Shown piece by piece: positions 1 through 11,256 of a stretch of 64,000 bases of DNA; positions within the stretch are counted from its first letter, which is position 1, and every line of letters begins with the position of its first letter. Origin of the DNA: Neoechinorhynchus agilis (Eukaryota; Animalia; Acanthocephala); contig CM121342.1 in the NCBI GenBank assembly GCA_051530055.1, positions 12,849,480 to 12,913,479 of the forward strand, written 5' to 3'. A program made the position numbers and the translations under genes. The notes under the pieces are model-generated. The model saw only the letters and a program-made list of their open reading frames with translations. It ran no database searches and was not told the origin of the DNA.

Positions 1-45
1 ATGCCGGGATGACGGTGTGCTTTTTAAATTCTTCCTTTTGATTTA

Positions 46-3000
46 GTGCCGATTTCAGATCCGACAGCTCCGCCATCTTCAGCGGATCAAGAAGGTACGT
101 CCTTTCCCCCGACAAAAGAAGAAATAAGCAATCCATCTAAAGCGGCGATGGAGAAATCTGTGTTGATTAATAATCTCAAAAGACAAGTAAAGCACGTGGT
201 TGAATCGAGTGCTTCGAACCGTCAGTTGTCCGGTGATGGCTATTCTGTAAAAGTTTTAACACGTAAGGTTTTATTTGTTATATCTATAATATTAAAAGGG
301 ATTTCGGTACTATAGTGGCAATCGAGAACTGCCTTCAGCATGAACTTCAAAAAGGCAATAGGCTAAAAAGTGCGGCTAGGTGGTTACTTGAACACGAGGC
401 TTCCAGTATGGATATTCTTTTGCTGAAGGTATCAAACACGAGTAGTAGTAGTAGTAGTGAGTATATGAAGAATCTGGTAAAAAGGAGCAGCCGTTTATGG
501 GAGGGAACTTCAACTGAACTGCTGACGTAAGAATTATTTTAAAGCGAAGGAGAGGCACGCGACGATTCCGAAGGTTAGCCGACTATGATATAGTCTCACA
601 AATACTCTCTTGTCTTTTAAAGCACATCGTGTTCAGAAGCGCCGAAATCTAGCGGTCATAGAGATGAGCAAGATTTCAGTTGGGTTAGAATGGCGCTTAC
701 TACCAATAATCTTTACCACATCGTCCAAGAAATCGTTGAACGCGCATCGTGAGTTTATCCAAAAATACCTCTGTCCATATCGCCAAATTATCGGATGCTA
801 CTGCACTCTACGTAAAATCGGCAATGAATTTTAATAATATTTGAATGTTTACGAGAAACCTAGAAATCGATTGATCAGCATGTGGGGACCAATTTATAAA
901 TGAATCATTTTCAATCGGTTAAGAAAATAATTTTGAAAACACCAAAGATTACTTTTTGATTTACATCGATTAAGTTAAACTAGCAATCTAAAAACTCGTA
1001 ATCCTGTCTAAAAACACTTGCAGGTCTTCTCTTGCGTCTTTACATAATCTACTTGCTGTCGTTATTTTTTCGTCTGGAAAAGCATTGCAATTTAGTAAAA
1101 AAAAGGGCCTCGAGGGATTCGCTTATAGTAGCGAATTTCCAACACCATACACGCCTTTAAAGTGCAACGCATATACATTGTGATTTCCCTTGAGCGCAGC
1201 GGTTGTTAAATTTTAAAAATGAGCTCTGTACATTTAGCGAATTCTACCATCAAAATGCACTATTGAGAGATCCCGTCTACAGCGAAATATTCCTTTCATT
1301 GATTGGTAAGGATGTGATGATTTGAATTAAATAAACTATACGAGGAATTAAGCCGGTCCGTGCATGCTGAACTACAGCAATGCGTTGTTTACTTTCGCTA
1401 CTTCGAACGAACCGGACGCGAGGGAGTTGATAACTCGTCAATCATTGAGCCTAAAGTGTCGGCAGAATGACAGCGAAGAGGATGAAGCAAGTGTTGATTT
1501 CGATAGTGGAAAATGGTGCAAACGACTAACCAAACGACAATTTTCTTTGAAAACCGCGGTTCAGTCTCTGTACCACACGAGTTCAGATCGAATGATTTAC
1601 GCAAAAAATAACATTAAGATAGAGGTATGGTAATTTATAAAAATTCATCTAATTTTTGTTGACAGGATCGGCGTTCAGTGGTACAAGCCGGACATCTGTC
1701 TGTAATACGAAATCTTAAACCTTCTAAATCGCCGGTCATACAGTGGATCCCCAACATAGTGATGTTAGCATGGGTTCTATTGTCCATGACGGTCTAGACA
1801 GGATGATAGGCTCCAGAATAACGGGACATGCATCTTTGTCTTCAATGTCTAACAAGAAAATCAGCGCCGATGGATTCCTAGCGATTGATGTTGTTCGTCT
1901 ATCGCATGTCTATCATCGACAAAGATTTATGGACTCTCTTGTAGTTTTAGTTGAACGATCGGGATCACAACTACCCAATATCCTCTTCAATGATTCCAAA
2001 AATGCATTTGAGTTCATCAGCGCTATCGAAATGAGTATTGCCGAAATAGGCGGACGTTTAGAACTTCATAATGCTCCAGTGTACGACGATGAAGGGAAAA
2101 TATTTTTAGTCATCTCACCTTCAGCGTCAGGCAAAGTTCTCCCATCATCCACACAATCTACACCCGACTCTACAAGACAGCAGACATCATGTTCGTCCGC
2201 ATTTTCTGACGAGCAAAAGTTTTTCGGAAACCAATTCGATAAATTGCAATTGGCAGAAAAATCAACTGCGCTGTAAGGTCAATTCTTTTTATAAATAGTT
2301 AATGTCTTATTCCTTCCAAGAAATGCCGTCATTCGCGTTACTGACCAAATCCAAACGGAAATTATTAATCGAATATTTAGAGGATGGAGAAAATGTGTCC
2401 AAAAACTACTACGATTTCGCGAACTTTGTAAAAGACTTATAGATCCAACAGTTATGGAAAACAAACCCAAAAGTTCTCATCATCAATTCCTTTCCCGAAT
2501 TTACATCAATGGCATTACAGATAGCGTTCAGCGAAATCATGTATGAAAGGGTCTACTTTTAAAGGGATTAATAGCTCGTGTATGAACTCGTGTCTATGTT
2601 TGCTTTTCACTTTTATATTCGATGCATGTATCTTGTTGACTATTATATTAGTAAGAATATAAACATAAGGATTATACTGAATGGTTGATTTTCAGTCTTT
2701 TCCTCTGATTTAATATGATTAGAAATGAAAAATATTGAATTTCAAGGATAAATTCACGCATTCTCAGGTTTGGCCAATGTTACTCGGCCACTATGGGATC
2801 AATGACGATTTCTCGGCGAGGAGTCGGATTGATAAAAAGAAGGAAGATGAATATTATGGCAACAAAATACAATGGCACATAATTTCCAATTTTTCAGAGA
2901 ATCAGAAAGTCGAAGACTGGTCATCACAAATTGATCAGACTATTGTAGAACAAGAGCATAGTTCTTTTTATTGTGACGCCAGCCTCATCGACAAAGACGT

Positions 3001-4528
3001 CAAACGGTGCGACCGAACGATTGAATTTTTTAAAGATTCACAAAATGTCGATAAACTTCGGAATATACTTTGCACGTGAGTTAGATTTTGTCGGAATAAT
3101 TAATACTCCAAACTGATTTCTTGAGGTATGTGTGGAAGCACCGAGTATTGGGCTATATCCAGGGAATGTGCGACGTCCTGGCACCATTGTTATATGTCCT
3201 TCAAGACGAATCACTCACACATTCATGCCTTTGCCGAATTATGGACCGTATGAACTTTAAATCTGCTGAACCAGCAAACTCAATGAACTGGCAATTTGAG
3301 ACACTCGAAATGTTGATCGAGTGGCTCGATAGTGACCTTTATGAATGTGGCTTCGGTCTCATCTTGGGAGGGATATATGAAAGGAGGCACGAAATCTTTC
3401 TTTTCGCAACATTGCCCACGAGATGCTCAATTTTTAAGGATTAATTCGTATTAAAATACTGTTTCTGGGTCTTTGAATTCCCAATGAAAATAGGTAGACG
3501 CTTTCGACTAACCAACAAACTGATGATGAACCCGATGAGGTTCGCAGAACGTCTTCAATAAATAATCATTTACAGGGTGTAGACCTAAATAATAATCCCA
3601 ATTTCCAATGAGGTATTTTGGGCGAAAGCTTCGTATCATCAGTTATCAAAATATATTTTACAGTAGAACATCGTTTAGCCGCGAATTAATTGGGATCGAA
3701 CTGCGTTCGGATAAGAGATTTTTTTTGTGGTAACCGAAACCCCTTTCCATTTTGATGTGCTCTTAACTTCTGGAGGAGGAAGTGGATTAAACAAAAGTAA
3801 AACTAGGAGAGAATTTCATAATTTTACCTGTATTGTTGAAAATAATCATTTATTTGATATCTTAAGCATTGTAGACCTTCGTTTTTTCCCTGAAAGGTCT
3901 CTGATTCTCTTCTAGCAACAGTAGTTGAGTAAGACGGCAATCCGAATAAAATTAACGTCTCGGATATCGCAATGTTTCAAAATAGTTGTTTTATATCGCA
4001 TGGCTCGGGTACGCGGGATTTTCTCTTGATGATTAGAAGGATTACACCACGTAAGAAATGGACGCTTTTTACTTTCGCCCTTTACCCATGGGCTTGACCA
4101 TTGGGTTATGAGACCGAATCTGCGGCGTGTACACCCACCTCAAAACTATAAACGACCAATCAAGCTACTATTTTACATACCGATGGTTTCTTTTGGACTT
4201 CAAACGAGAGTTTAAGTACGACCAACTGTTCAAAGTCTGGGAGTGTTTATGGTCGGCAGAACACGTCATCTCGAAGCATTTCCGGATATTCATTGCTGCG
4301 GCATTGATAATCGAGTATCGGACTGTAATCATGAATCATATAATGGATATGCCTGAAATCTTAAAATTTTTCAATGGTTTGATTTTTTCATCCCACAAAA
4401 CACGTACAGGTTGACTCTTGTATCATTTAGAAATGGCGGAGAATCATAATGTTGACGCGGTTCTCAAAAGAGCCAAGTCAAGTTTTGATCGATTGAGTTC
4501 TACCCATGATTCGTCTGACAAACTATAA
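46..4528 (+). CDS. SGSM1/2: Small G protein signaling modulator (RUN + TBC Rab-GAP), multi-exon; start possibly upstream of window or at ATG 148
   Basis: Exons give LINNLKRQVKHVVE..AIENCLQHEL, WVRMALTTNNL, LLRDPVYSEIFLSLI/GPC (RUN); VWPMLLGHYG, LIDKDVKRCDR, YIQGMCDVLAPLL, YFTYRWFLLDFKREF, EMAENHNVDAVL (TBC). GT-AG micro-introns join the frames; stop TAA at 4526-4528. Confidence 0.92.
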
Positions 4529-4600
4529 TCATAAATTCGATTTTGTTTCCTTAGTCTGCTTCTGTGGTCTAAAGTACGTCGTGTGTCTTCCTTTTCAGAT

Positions 4601-6993
4601 ATGGTGGACCGAATGAACGAATATCCGTCCGTCATCGATGGATTCATCGTTACGAAGCAATTGCTGGGACATGGTGCTTTTGCAATTGTAGTCAGGGGTC
4701 AAAAGGAGGGCAGCGAGGTTTCGTATTCTCCTTTTACAAATGCTTCAATCTTCCTTCAACTAAGAAAGACGAAGATCTGGTTGCAGTCAAAGTCATTCAT
4801 AAAAAGGCCTTGAACAAAACTGCGGCCTTGATTGAAAAAGAACTCAAGATTTTGAAGGTATTTTGCAAACTTCTTCGTAAATTATTTCCTTTGTCTTGTC
4901 AAAACTGCCTTAAAGGAGCTTTTCCTCAATCTGTTTATCCAATTTGTTGAGAACTATAACACTTGGAAACTTTGAATTTTGAACGTATAGACTTTTCGGT
5001 CACAACGAATTGTTTCTAGCAGTGTAATCGCAATGATATTTGTGTTGAAAAGATAATTCATTGTTAATCGCTGAAGAAGATCCGAGATAGTGGATCGAAA
5101 TATCCAATAAAATCTTAATTTCATTTATTTTCTCCTATCGACAAATAATGAAATTTGTGTTACGAACACTTTCTATTTTCTAGGAGCTTTCAACCTTAAA
5201 ACATGAGAATCTGGTCAGTCTATTGGCCTGTCAGGTATGATTCTCCCTACCGCTTTAAAAGATCATCTTACTATTCTACTTGAGGAAACGACAAACAATG
5301 TATTTTTTGTGATGGAGGTAAGACGAAATGATTCAATTTGTTAATAACTCGCTTTTAGTACTGCAATGGCGGAGATCTCGCGGATTATATGCAAGGTTCA
5401 TTTCCTATATTCCAGTGAAACGCTAAACCTTCTTTTATCAGCAAAGGGGAAACTATGTGAGCTTGTTATCCGGATATTTCTGAAGCAAATAGCAGCTGGA
5501 GTGAACGCTATCCACAGCAAGGGGATAGTTCATAGGGATCTGAAACCTCAAAACATTCTTCTATGCCTCAGACCGTGTGCAACAAGGAGCTATTTGGTTC
5601 CTGCAAACGAAATACAGCTTAAAATAGCAGATTTTGGATTTGCTAGATTTCTTGAATCCGGTAATATGGCTGGTACAATGTGTGGAAGTCCAATGTACAT
5701 GGCACCTGAAGTCATAATGTCTCTTCAGTATGACGCCAAGGCTGACCTATGGTCAGTTGGAACCATTGTGTATCAATGTTTAACGGGAAGTGCTCCGTTT
5801 GAGGCCAAGTCCCCTGATGCTCTCAAACGATTTTACATAGAGAATCGAATTATTGTTCCAAAGTAAGTCGGCCGTGCTATACTGCCTGAATACGCACTGA
5901 AATGTTAGACTCCCGCGGACGGCATCTCCTGAAATTGATGACTTGGTTAAACGGTTGTTGTGCAAAGATCCTAAGAATCGTGCTTCATTTGAAGAGTTTT
6001 TTAAACACCCATTTCTTGAAGGAAAGAAGATGAGAGATAAAAGGCACTCTTTGGGATTAGTTAGTCAACGCATCAGTTTAGTAGCGCCTAAGAAAGGCCA
6101 AACACCGCCTCAACCGCCGAAGACGATGAGCTACAATGTGGATTTAGTGAAAGAAAGCGATCCTCCTGCTACGTTATCTCCATGCCGACTGTCGCCCATA
6201 AAATCTGTCCTATCTACAAGCACTCAAACAGCGACCAAGTCGACAATAACTGATTTTTTTCATCTTAAGCCTTCATTTGAAACTGATGTAGCGTGTTCGG
6301 ATGATATCCCAATGATATGGAATTCGTCAGAGAGTTCGAATACCGAAAATCAGCAGCAGCTTGTTGATCAGTTGGAATTCGTTAGGCAACTTGTTGTCCA
6401 CATGATGAAGATTGTTTCTAAACGTGCATACCAGTATCCATTTTCTGATCTCTGCAATACAATGAATATTTTAGATGGATCGAGTTTTAGGAAGGGACTG
6501 TTCTTGTACATGTTCGATCTGTATAGAAGAGCTGGTTCTGGGGCAATGCGGAATGAGAATCATAGACAAATCACTTGAACATGCTAGGTCCTTTTTCGAT
6601 TGTGGAACTTTTAATCCGTGTCATAGGGTGTTATCTGTACTTGAAGAATTAAAAAAGTTGAATACATTACTTGTGGAGAGATGCGAACGGTTACTAGGAC
6701 GTTACAAACAAGTTTCACCTCAAGAACAATCCTCATGCGATACAGTCGATTGTGCTGAACAAATCATTTACACTCACGCAGTCCATACCTGCATCGATGC
6801 CGTTAGCGATGAGCGCCTTGGTCGCAACATTAAGGAGGTCGCACTTAAATATGCTGAATGCCAAATTTACTTTCATTATCTTAGTCAATTGACCACTGGA
6901 CAGCAACAAACGCAACTACTCAATCTCAAAAAGTTTGTTGACGTGAAATTAAAGGAATTGAGAAACCAAGGAATCATTTCGATTGCTGATTGA
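4601..6993 (+). CDS. ULK1/2: Serine/threonine kinase ULK1/2 (Atg1/unc-51), multi-exon
   Basis: [84 protein letters not shown]; C-terminal helical region with EELVL and [13 protein letters not shown] introns could be traced for most junctions. Confidence 0.95.
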
Positions 6994-8040
6994 TATCTTT
7001 GTTTGATCAATGTGCACTTTGAACCGAACAAACCGTTATTTAAGACCGAACCTATGGTGAAGGGCAATGTTCTGGTTTTCCATTACTAACTTCCTACAAC
7101 ACCAAAACTCACTTTTGCTTTTAATACCATGCTTAACCTTTTTGAAAGAACTAGCATATCTTTTATTCGATCGTATTTACCGGTACCCGATTTATGTATC
7201 GGCTAAAAGATGAACACGGGTCTCAGCTGTAAAGTCGAAAATTATCCAGATATTCAAAACGTGCTTAAAGCACCTCCGATATTCTGATACCGTTGGTTTG
7301 GCGGATTGTCCACTCTACTCATCACGGAAGGGGGAGATGTTGTCCACGCCTGTTTTGGATCCCGTTCGGTCCCGGAAGGAGAGGATTATTATATTATAAC
7401 TCGCCGCTTCTACGTAACCCATATAATGGCCGGCTTGAGAATTTAGACCTTCCAAGCACTGAACTGCAAGTGAGACTTGTATACCGACCAGCAGTGGGAA
7501 TCGAAAGACTGTGTTGATCAGGCATCTTTAATCCATTGCACAATAACCGCGAACTGGTCTACATGGACTAGAATGCGATTGAAGGTTGGATTCGGTCTTT
7601 TCGTGAGATTTGTTTGTTGTCCTCATATTTGTGCACCTTATCCTACCACCACAATATAGCGCACCTTGGTGGAACGTGTATATTCGTTCGGTAACTAAGA
7701 GGAAATAAGACTCCCTTCGGCGTACTCACACGTCTCTTCTTTTCCTGCATGACTTTTTATGATAATATCCTATCGTTTTCTCCAGACCGTCGTAGTATGA
7801 CAAGGGAAGTGTAATGCAGAGAATATAGTGCAGATATATTTTTGTGGTCTATTTTCGTGCTTGTACTAAGATTCTGCACTGCTCTTCTTTTCAGAAGACG
7901 ACTGTGAGGTAAAGATGTTGATATGGCAGAGATGCACCGCCTTACACTAAATCTTCTATTTAATATTTTTCGCTCTCGCTCTCGTTCTTTGGATTGTCTT
8001 CTGAAAACAGTAGCAACCTCCACTCTTACAGACAAAAAAG

Positions 8041-8616
8041 ATGGCTCGAGATAACATTAAGCCTCAAATGCACAACAAATTCAAAAAGTTTTTCGCCAAG
8101 ACTTTGGACACCAACAATGACGGGATGGTCAATTGGCCCAATTTCGAGGAAGCAGTTGAAGCTATGATTTCAAGAGAAGACGCTGAAGCAAACTCAAGAC
8201 TTAAGATTTTACGAAAGCGATTGGAACAAAATTTCCAAAAGTATTTCTGGGGTCTCTGTGAAGTTGGAGATGCTAATAAAGACGGAAACATTGATTTGGA
8301 CGAATGGCTCGACGTTATTAACAATCTTATTAATGGTCTAAAGGACAAAGGAGAGTTTCCCGATTGGTACGAAGGTCTGCACAAGGCTTTGTGGAGAAGT
8401 TGCGAGTTTATGGACGACAGGGATGTAAGCAAAAGCGAATTTGCCGATATGCTCGTCATTTGGGATATTGACGACGAGGCTGCTGGTAATGCTTATGATT
8501 TCATTACTGAATCTGGAAAGAAAAAGATGGACTATAACCTCTTCAGTGAAATGATGAGAAAGTTCTTCTTGACGGACGAAAAAGGGCATCCCCTTAATCT
8601 AGGACTCGATGCATAA
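8041..8616 (+). CDS. Calexcitin / sarcoplasmic calcium-binding protein (EF-hand), intronless CDS
   Basis: 191-aa ORF with EF loops DTNNDGMVNWPN and DANKDGNIDLDE, and an SCP-type C-terminus (KFFLTDEKGHPLNLGLD). Confidence 0.88.
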   Translation: MARDNIKPQMHNKFKKFFAKTLDTNNDGMVNWPNFEEAVEAMISREDAEANSRLKILRKRLEQNFQKYFWGLCEVGDANKDGNIDLDEWLDVINNLINGLKDKGEFPDWYEGLHKALWRSCEFMDDRDVSKSEFADMLVIWDIDDEAAGNAYDFITESGKKKMDYNLFSEMMRKFFLTDEKGHPLNLGLDA

Positions 8617-9118
8617 TAGATCACAAACAATATATTAGAGACGAGCGAGAGACTACTGTGACAACATTACTTCTTAAAAGCGAGAACCTTTAGTTCCGTT
8701 TTGAGTACTGCGTAAGACAAAAGGGAGTAAAAGTTCCAAAAGATTATGATATTCAGACTGGCACAATGTAAATAGTATTGAAGTTGTCTTTTCCACGATT
8801 GTTATTTAAGGCTACTCGTTGCGCCGCGGTTAAAAATATAGGGAAAAGATAAGAAAAATAAGTGGAGCAGTTTGTGGATGCATCATACATTGCTACCATA
8901 AAATTGTCTTTAGAAAGAACTTCGACATTTAGATTTCCGTCATGTTCGTGTTAAAAAGTAAAAGCCTAGAACGGTGTTTCTCATACATCCGTCAAATGGC
9001 ACTGTTTGTTCATTAAATCGTTTTTATCAGAATTTTAAATAACGTAGTTGAACAATGCCCTTCGCGTCCGACATTATAACATAAAACGTTATAATCTAAA
9101 ACTATACAAAGAGCGTTA

Positions 9119-10654
9119 TTATTGGAAAGATAGTAATCGATTGTTACCAGAATCGATTACTAGAAGCGATCCACTTGACGAAATGCAGATATCACAAGGA
9201 AGATCCATCTCATCGTTTCCTGTACGATTTCCCCGTTTTCCCATTGCTCCCTGCACAACGCCGTTCTGGTCAAAGATTTGAATGCGGTAGTTTCTTGAAT
9301 CCGCTACATAAATGTTCCCAAACATATCAACATCCACTCCTTGGGGTCGATTCAAACACCCGACTGTATCTCCTTCGGCTGATATTGTCTTCTCAATTTC
9401 CATTGATGTATTTAGAACAATAATTCTGTGCCGGTCAAAATCAGTAACAATGATTTTGTTATTGCGAGAAAAGGTAACACCCCTTGGAGTAATTTGTGTG
9501 TAGCCATTTTTATCCCCGCCGCCGAATTTTCCAATATATTGTCCATTTTCGTCAAACAATTGGATGCGGTAATTCATTGTGTCTGTCACAGCGATTTTAC
9601 TTTCTTGACTGACGGCAACGTCGTAAGGATAAGAGAATTGCCCATATCCAAATCCACGACTGCCGATTACAGCAGAAGGCATTATCACAGTGCAGTTATT
9701 TCTTTGATCTCCCCTCGATTGGGATATAAATTCTTTAATACGGTCCATTGAAAATATTTGGACGCGATGGTTATCTTTGTCAACGACGAGAAGTCGTTTT
9801 AGAACTGTGTCAATTGCAACTCCGCATGGACGATTGAAATAACCACAAGCGACTCCTAGTGTTCCTATTGACAGAAGAAGCTTCATGCCTTTATCGAATA
9901 TTTTTATGCTGTTGTTTAATCGATCTCCTACGAAAATGTTTCCTTCTGGGTCACAGCATACTCCCCACGGACGGCATAATAACCTTTCTTCGCTAGTGCG
10001 ACACGATATCCCAAGTACAACAGAGTTATTCGATATTTCTGCGATCGATTGGGAACACATGATTGGGACAGTATTGTCAACATTGCTGGCACTGTTTTGC
10101 TGATTGTTAAAATTTTGTGGGATCCGGGGCATACTCGCACGAAAAATGAGTGGATATCGACGCATCGGTCGTCCGTTGATGACAATAATGATTGAAAATA
10201 GCCCCGAATTATTAAACGTTACAAATATCGAATAAGTTCCGTCTTTGTGATCTAACACTCTCTCAGGAAAAAAGTGAGAGTTTGATCCGTTTATCGACTC
10301 CACTAACGCGTCCAATGTATCTCCTCCGTTGCTCCTTCGTCTCCCGGTCACATCACGAGCCTCTATCTTAATTCTGAAAGGCTCTCCTATCCTTGCTCGC
10401 CATAGATTTGTTTCATAAATGCGGCACTGACTTCCACAAGCCAAGGGGTTAAAGTTGGTCCTCGATTCTGGCCTTAATGCATTTCGAAATCCGAACTGCA
10501 TGCTGTTTTCACAGACATTAGAAAGTAGATCTATAAAATTATATTTCCACTGTTCGATCAGTCTATGAGCATCGCTTGTCCATCGACCGACTTGTTCAAT
10601 TATTAATGATTGATCTTGGTCAGCCTGTTGATTCGATTCGTTGGGAGTATGCAT
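9119..10654 (-). CDS. LIN-41/TRIM71-like filamin + NHL-repeat protein, intronless ORF, no RING or B-box seen
   Basis: Filamin fold (FRIKIEARDVTGRRRSNGGD..DHKDGTYSI) followed by NHL repeats (LCRPWGVCCD, FNRPCGVAID, VVDKDNHRVQIF, FSYPYDVAV, LNRPQGVDVD). Confidence 0.85.
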   Translation of the reverse strand: MHTPNESNQQADQDQSLIIEQVGRWTSDAHRLIEQWKYNFIDLLSNVCENSMQFGFRNALRPESRTNFNPLACGSQCRIYETNLWRARIGEPFRIKIEARDVTGRRRSNGGDTLDALVESINGSNSHFFPERVLDHKDGTYSIFVTFNNSGLFSIIIVINGRPMRRYPLIFRASMPRIPQNFNNQQNSASNVDNTVPIMCSQSIAEISNNSVVLGISCRTSEERLLCRPWGVCCDPEGNIFVGDRLNNSIKIFDKGMKLLLSIGTLGVACGYFNRPCGVAIDTVLKRLLVVDKDNHRVQIFSMDRIKEFISQSRGDQRNNCTVIMPSAVIGSRGFGYGQFSYPYDVAVSQESKIAVTDTMNYRIQLFDENGQYIGKFGGGDKNGYTQITPRGVTFSRNNKIIVTDFDRHRIIVLNTSMEIEKTISAEGDTVGCLNRPQGVDVDMFGNIYVADSRNYRIQIFDQNGVVQGAMGKRGNRTGNDEMDLPCDICISSSGSLLVIDSGNNRLLSFQ

Positions 10655-11256
10655 CGTCGTTTCAGTTGTGTGAGAAAATCGTTGCTCGAGAGTTTTACCC
10701 TTTAGTAATGAATTGAACTTCTCTTAACCACCCTACAGAGTGCGCAAACTTGCTGACTATTGACATGTTTAAAATCAACTTCTTTACTAATACCACAAGT
10801 TGTGTTGTCAAATCTGAAGAACTTTGTACACAAAAAGGATCGGATTTTGTTGATAAATAAAACCTTCTTACGCTATTGTTAGTGGTTTTAGAGATAACGA
10901 TGAGATCGGTTGCTAAAAGGCAGGCAAAATTATACGAATTTGTAATTTGATCAACGAACTTTACAAAAAATGTTAAAGAGATCGCAAAAAATGTTGATCA
11001 AAAATAATCGTTTTATAGTGATAAATCAATCAGAAACGTCAATGTATGACAGATTGTCTGTAGAAACAACTGCGTGCCCGTAGGAAAACAGCATTAGTCA
11101 CTAATCGAAAAACTCATGTAAGCGGAAAGCAACGTAGCTACTTGTTCCACTTTAATTTATAATCGTATTGAGTAGGGCACAAAAAGGAATTCTAAATCGT
11201 ATTGCTCGTACGCAACAGTTTCACGTGCGATGTCGCGTAATTTTTTCTAAAAAAAA

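Noticed and set aside
3515-3550. CTGATGA followed by a stem inside the SGSM insertion (hammerhead candidate)
   Set aside because: The required GAAA core is absent after the stem.
6438-6500. GTATCCATTT as a U12-type donor in ULK
   Set aside because: Ordinary GT-AG solutions fit the frame change, and no clear U12 branch site was found.
7320-7545. U1 snRNA-like words (GGGGAGAT, ATCCATTGCAC)
   Set aside because: They are ~200 nt apart, with no ATACTTACCTG 5' end or Sm site.
8064-8589. Antisense or alternate-frame ORFs over SCP, and similar ones over the NHL, EXOC8, CRE and calmodulin ORFs
   Set aside because: Shadow ORFs of real coding sequence with no recognisable motifs.
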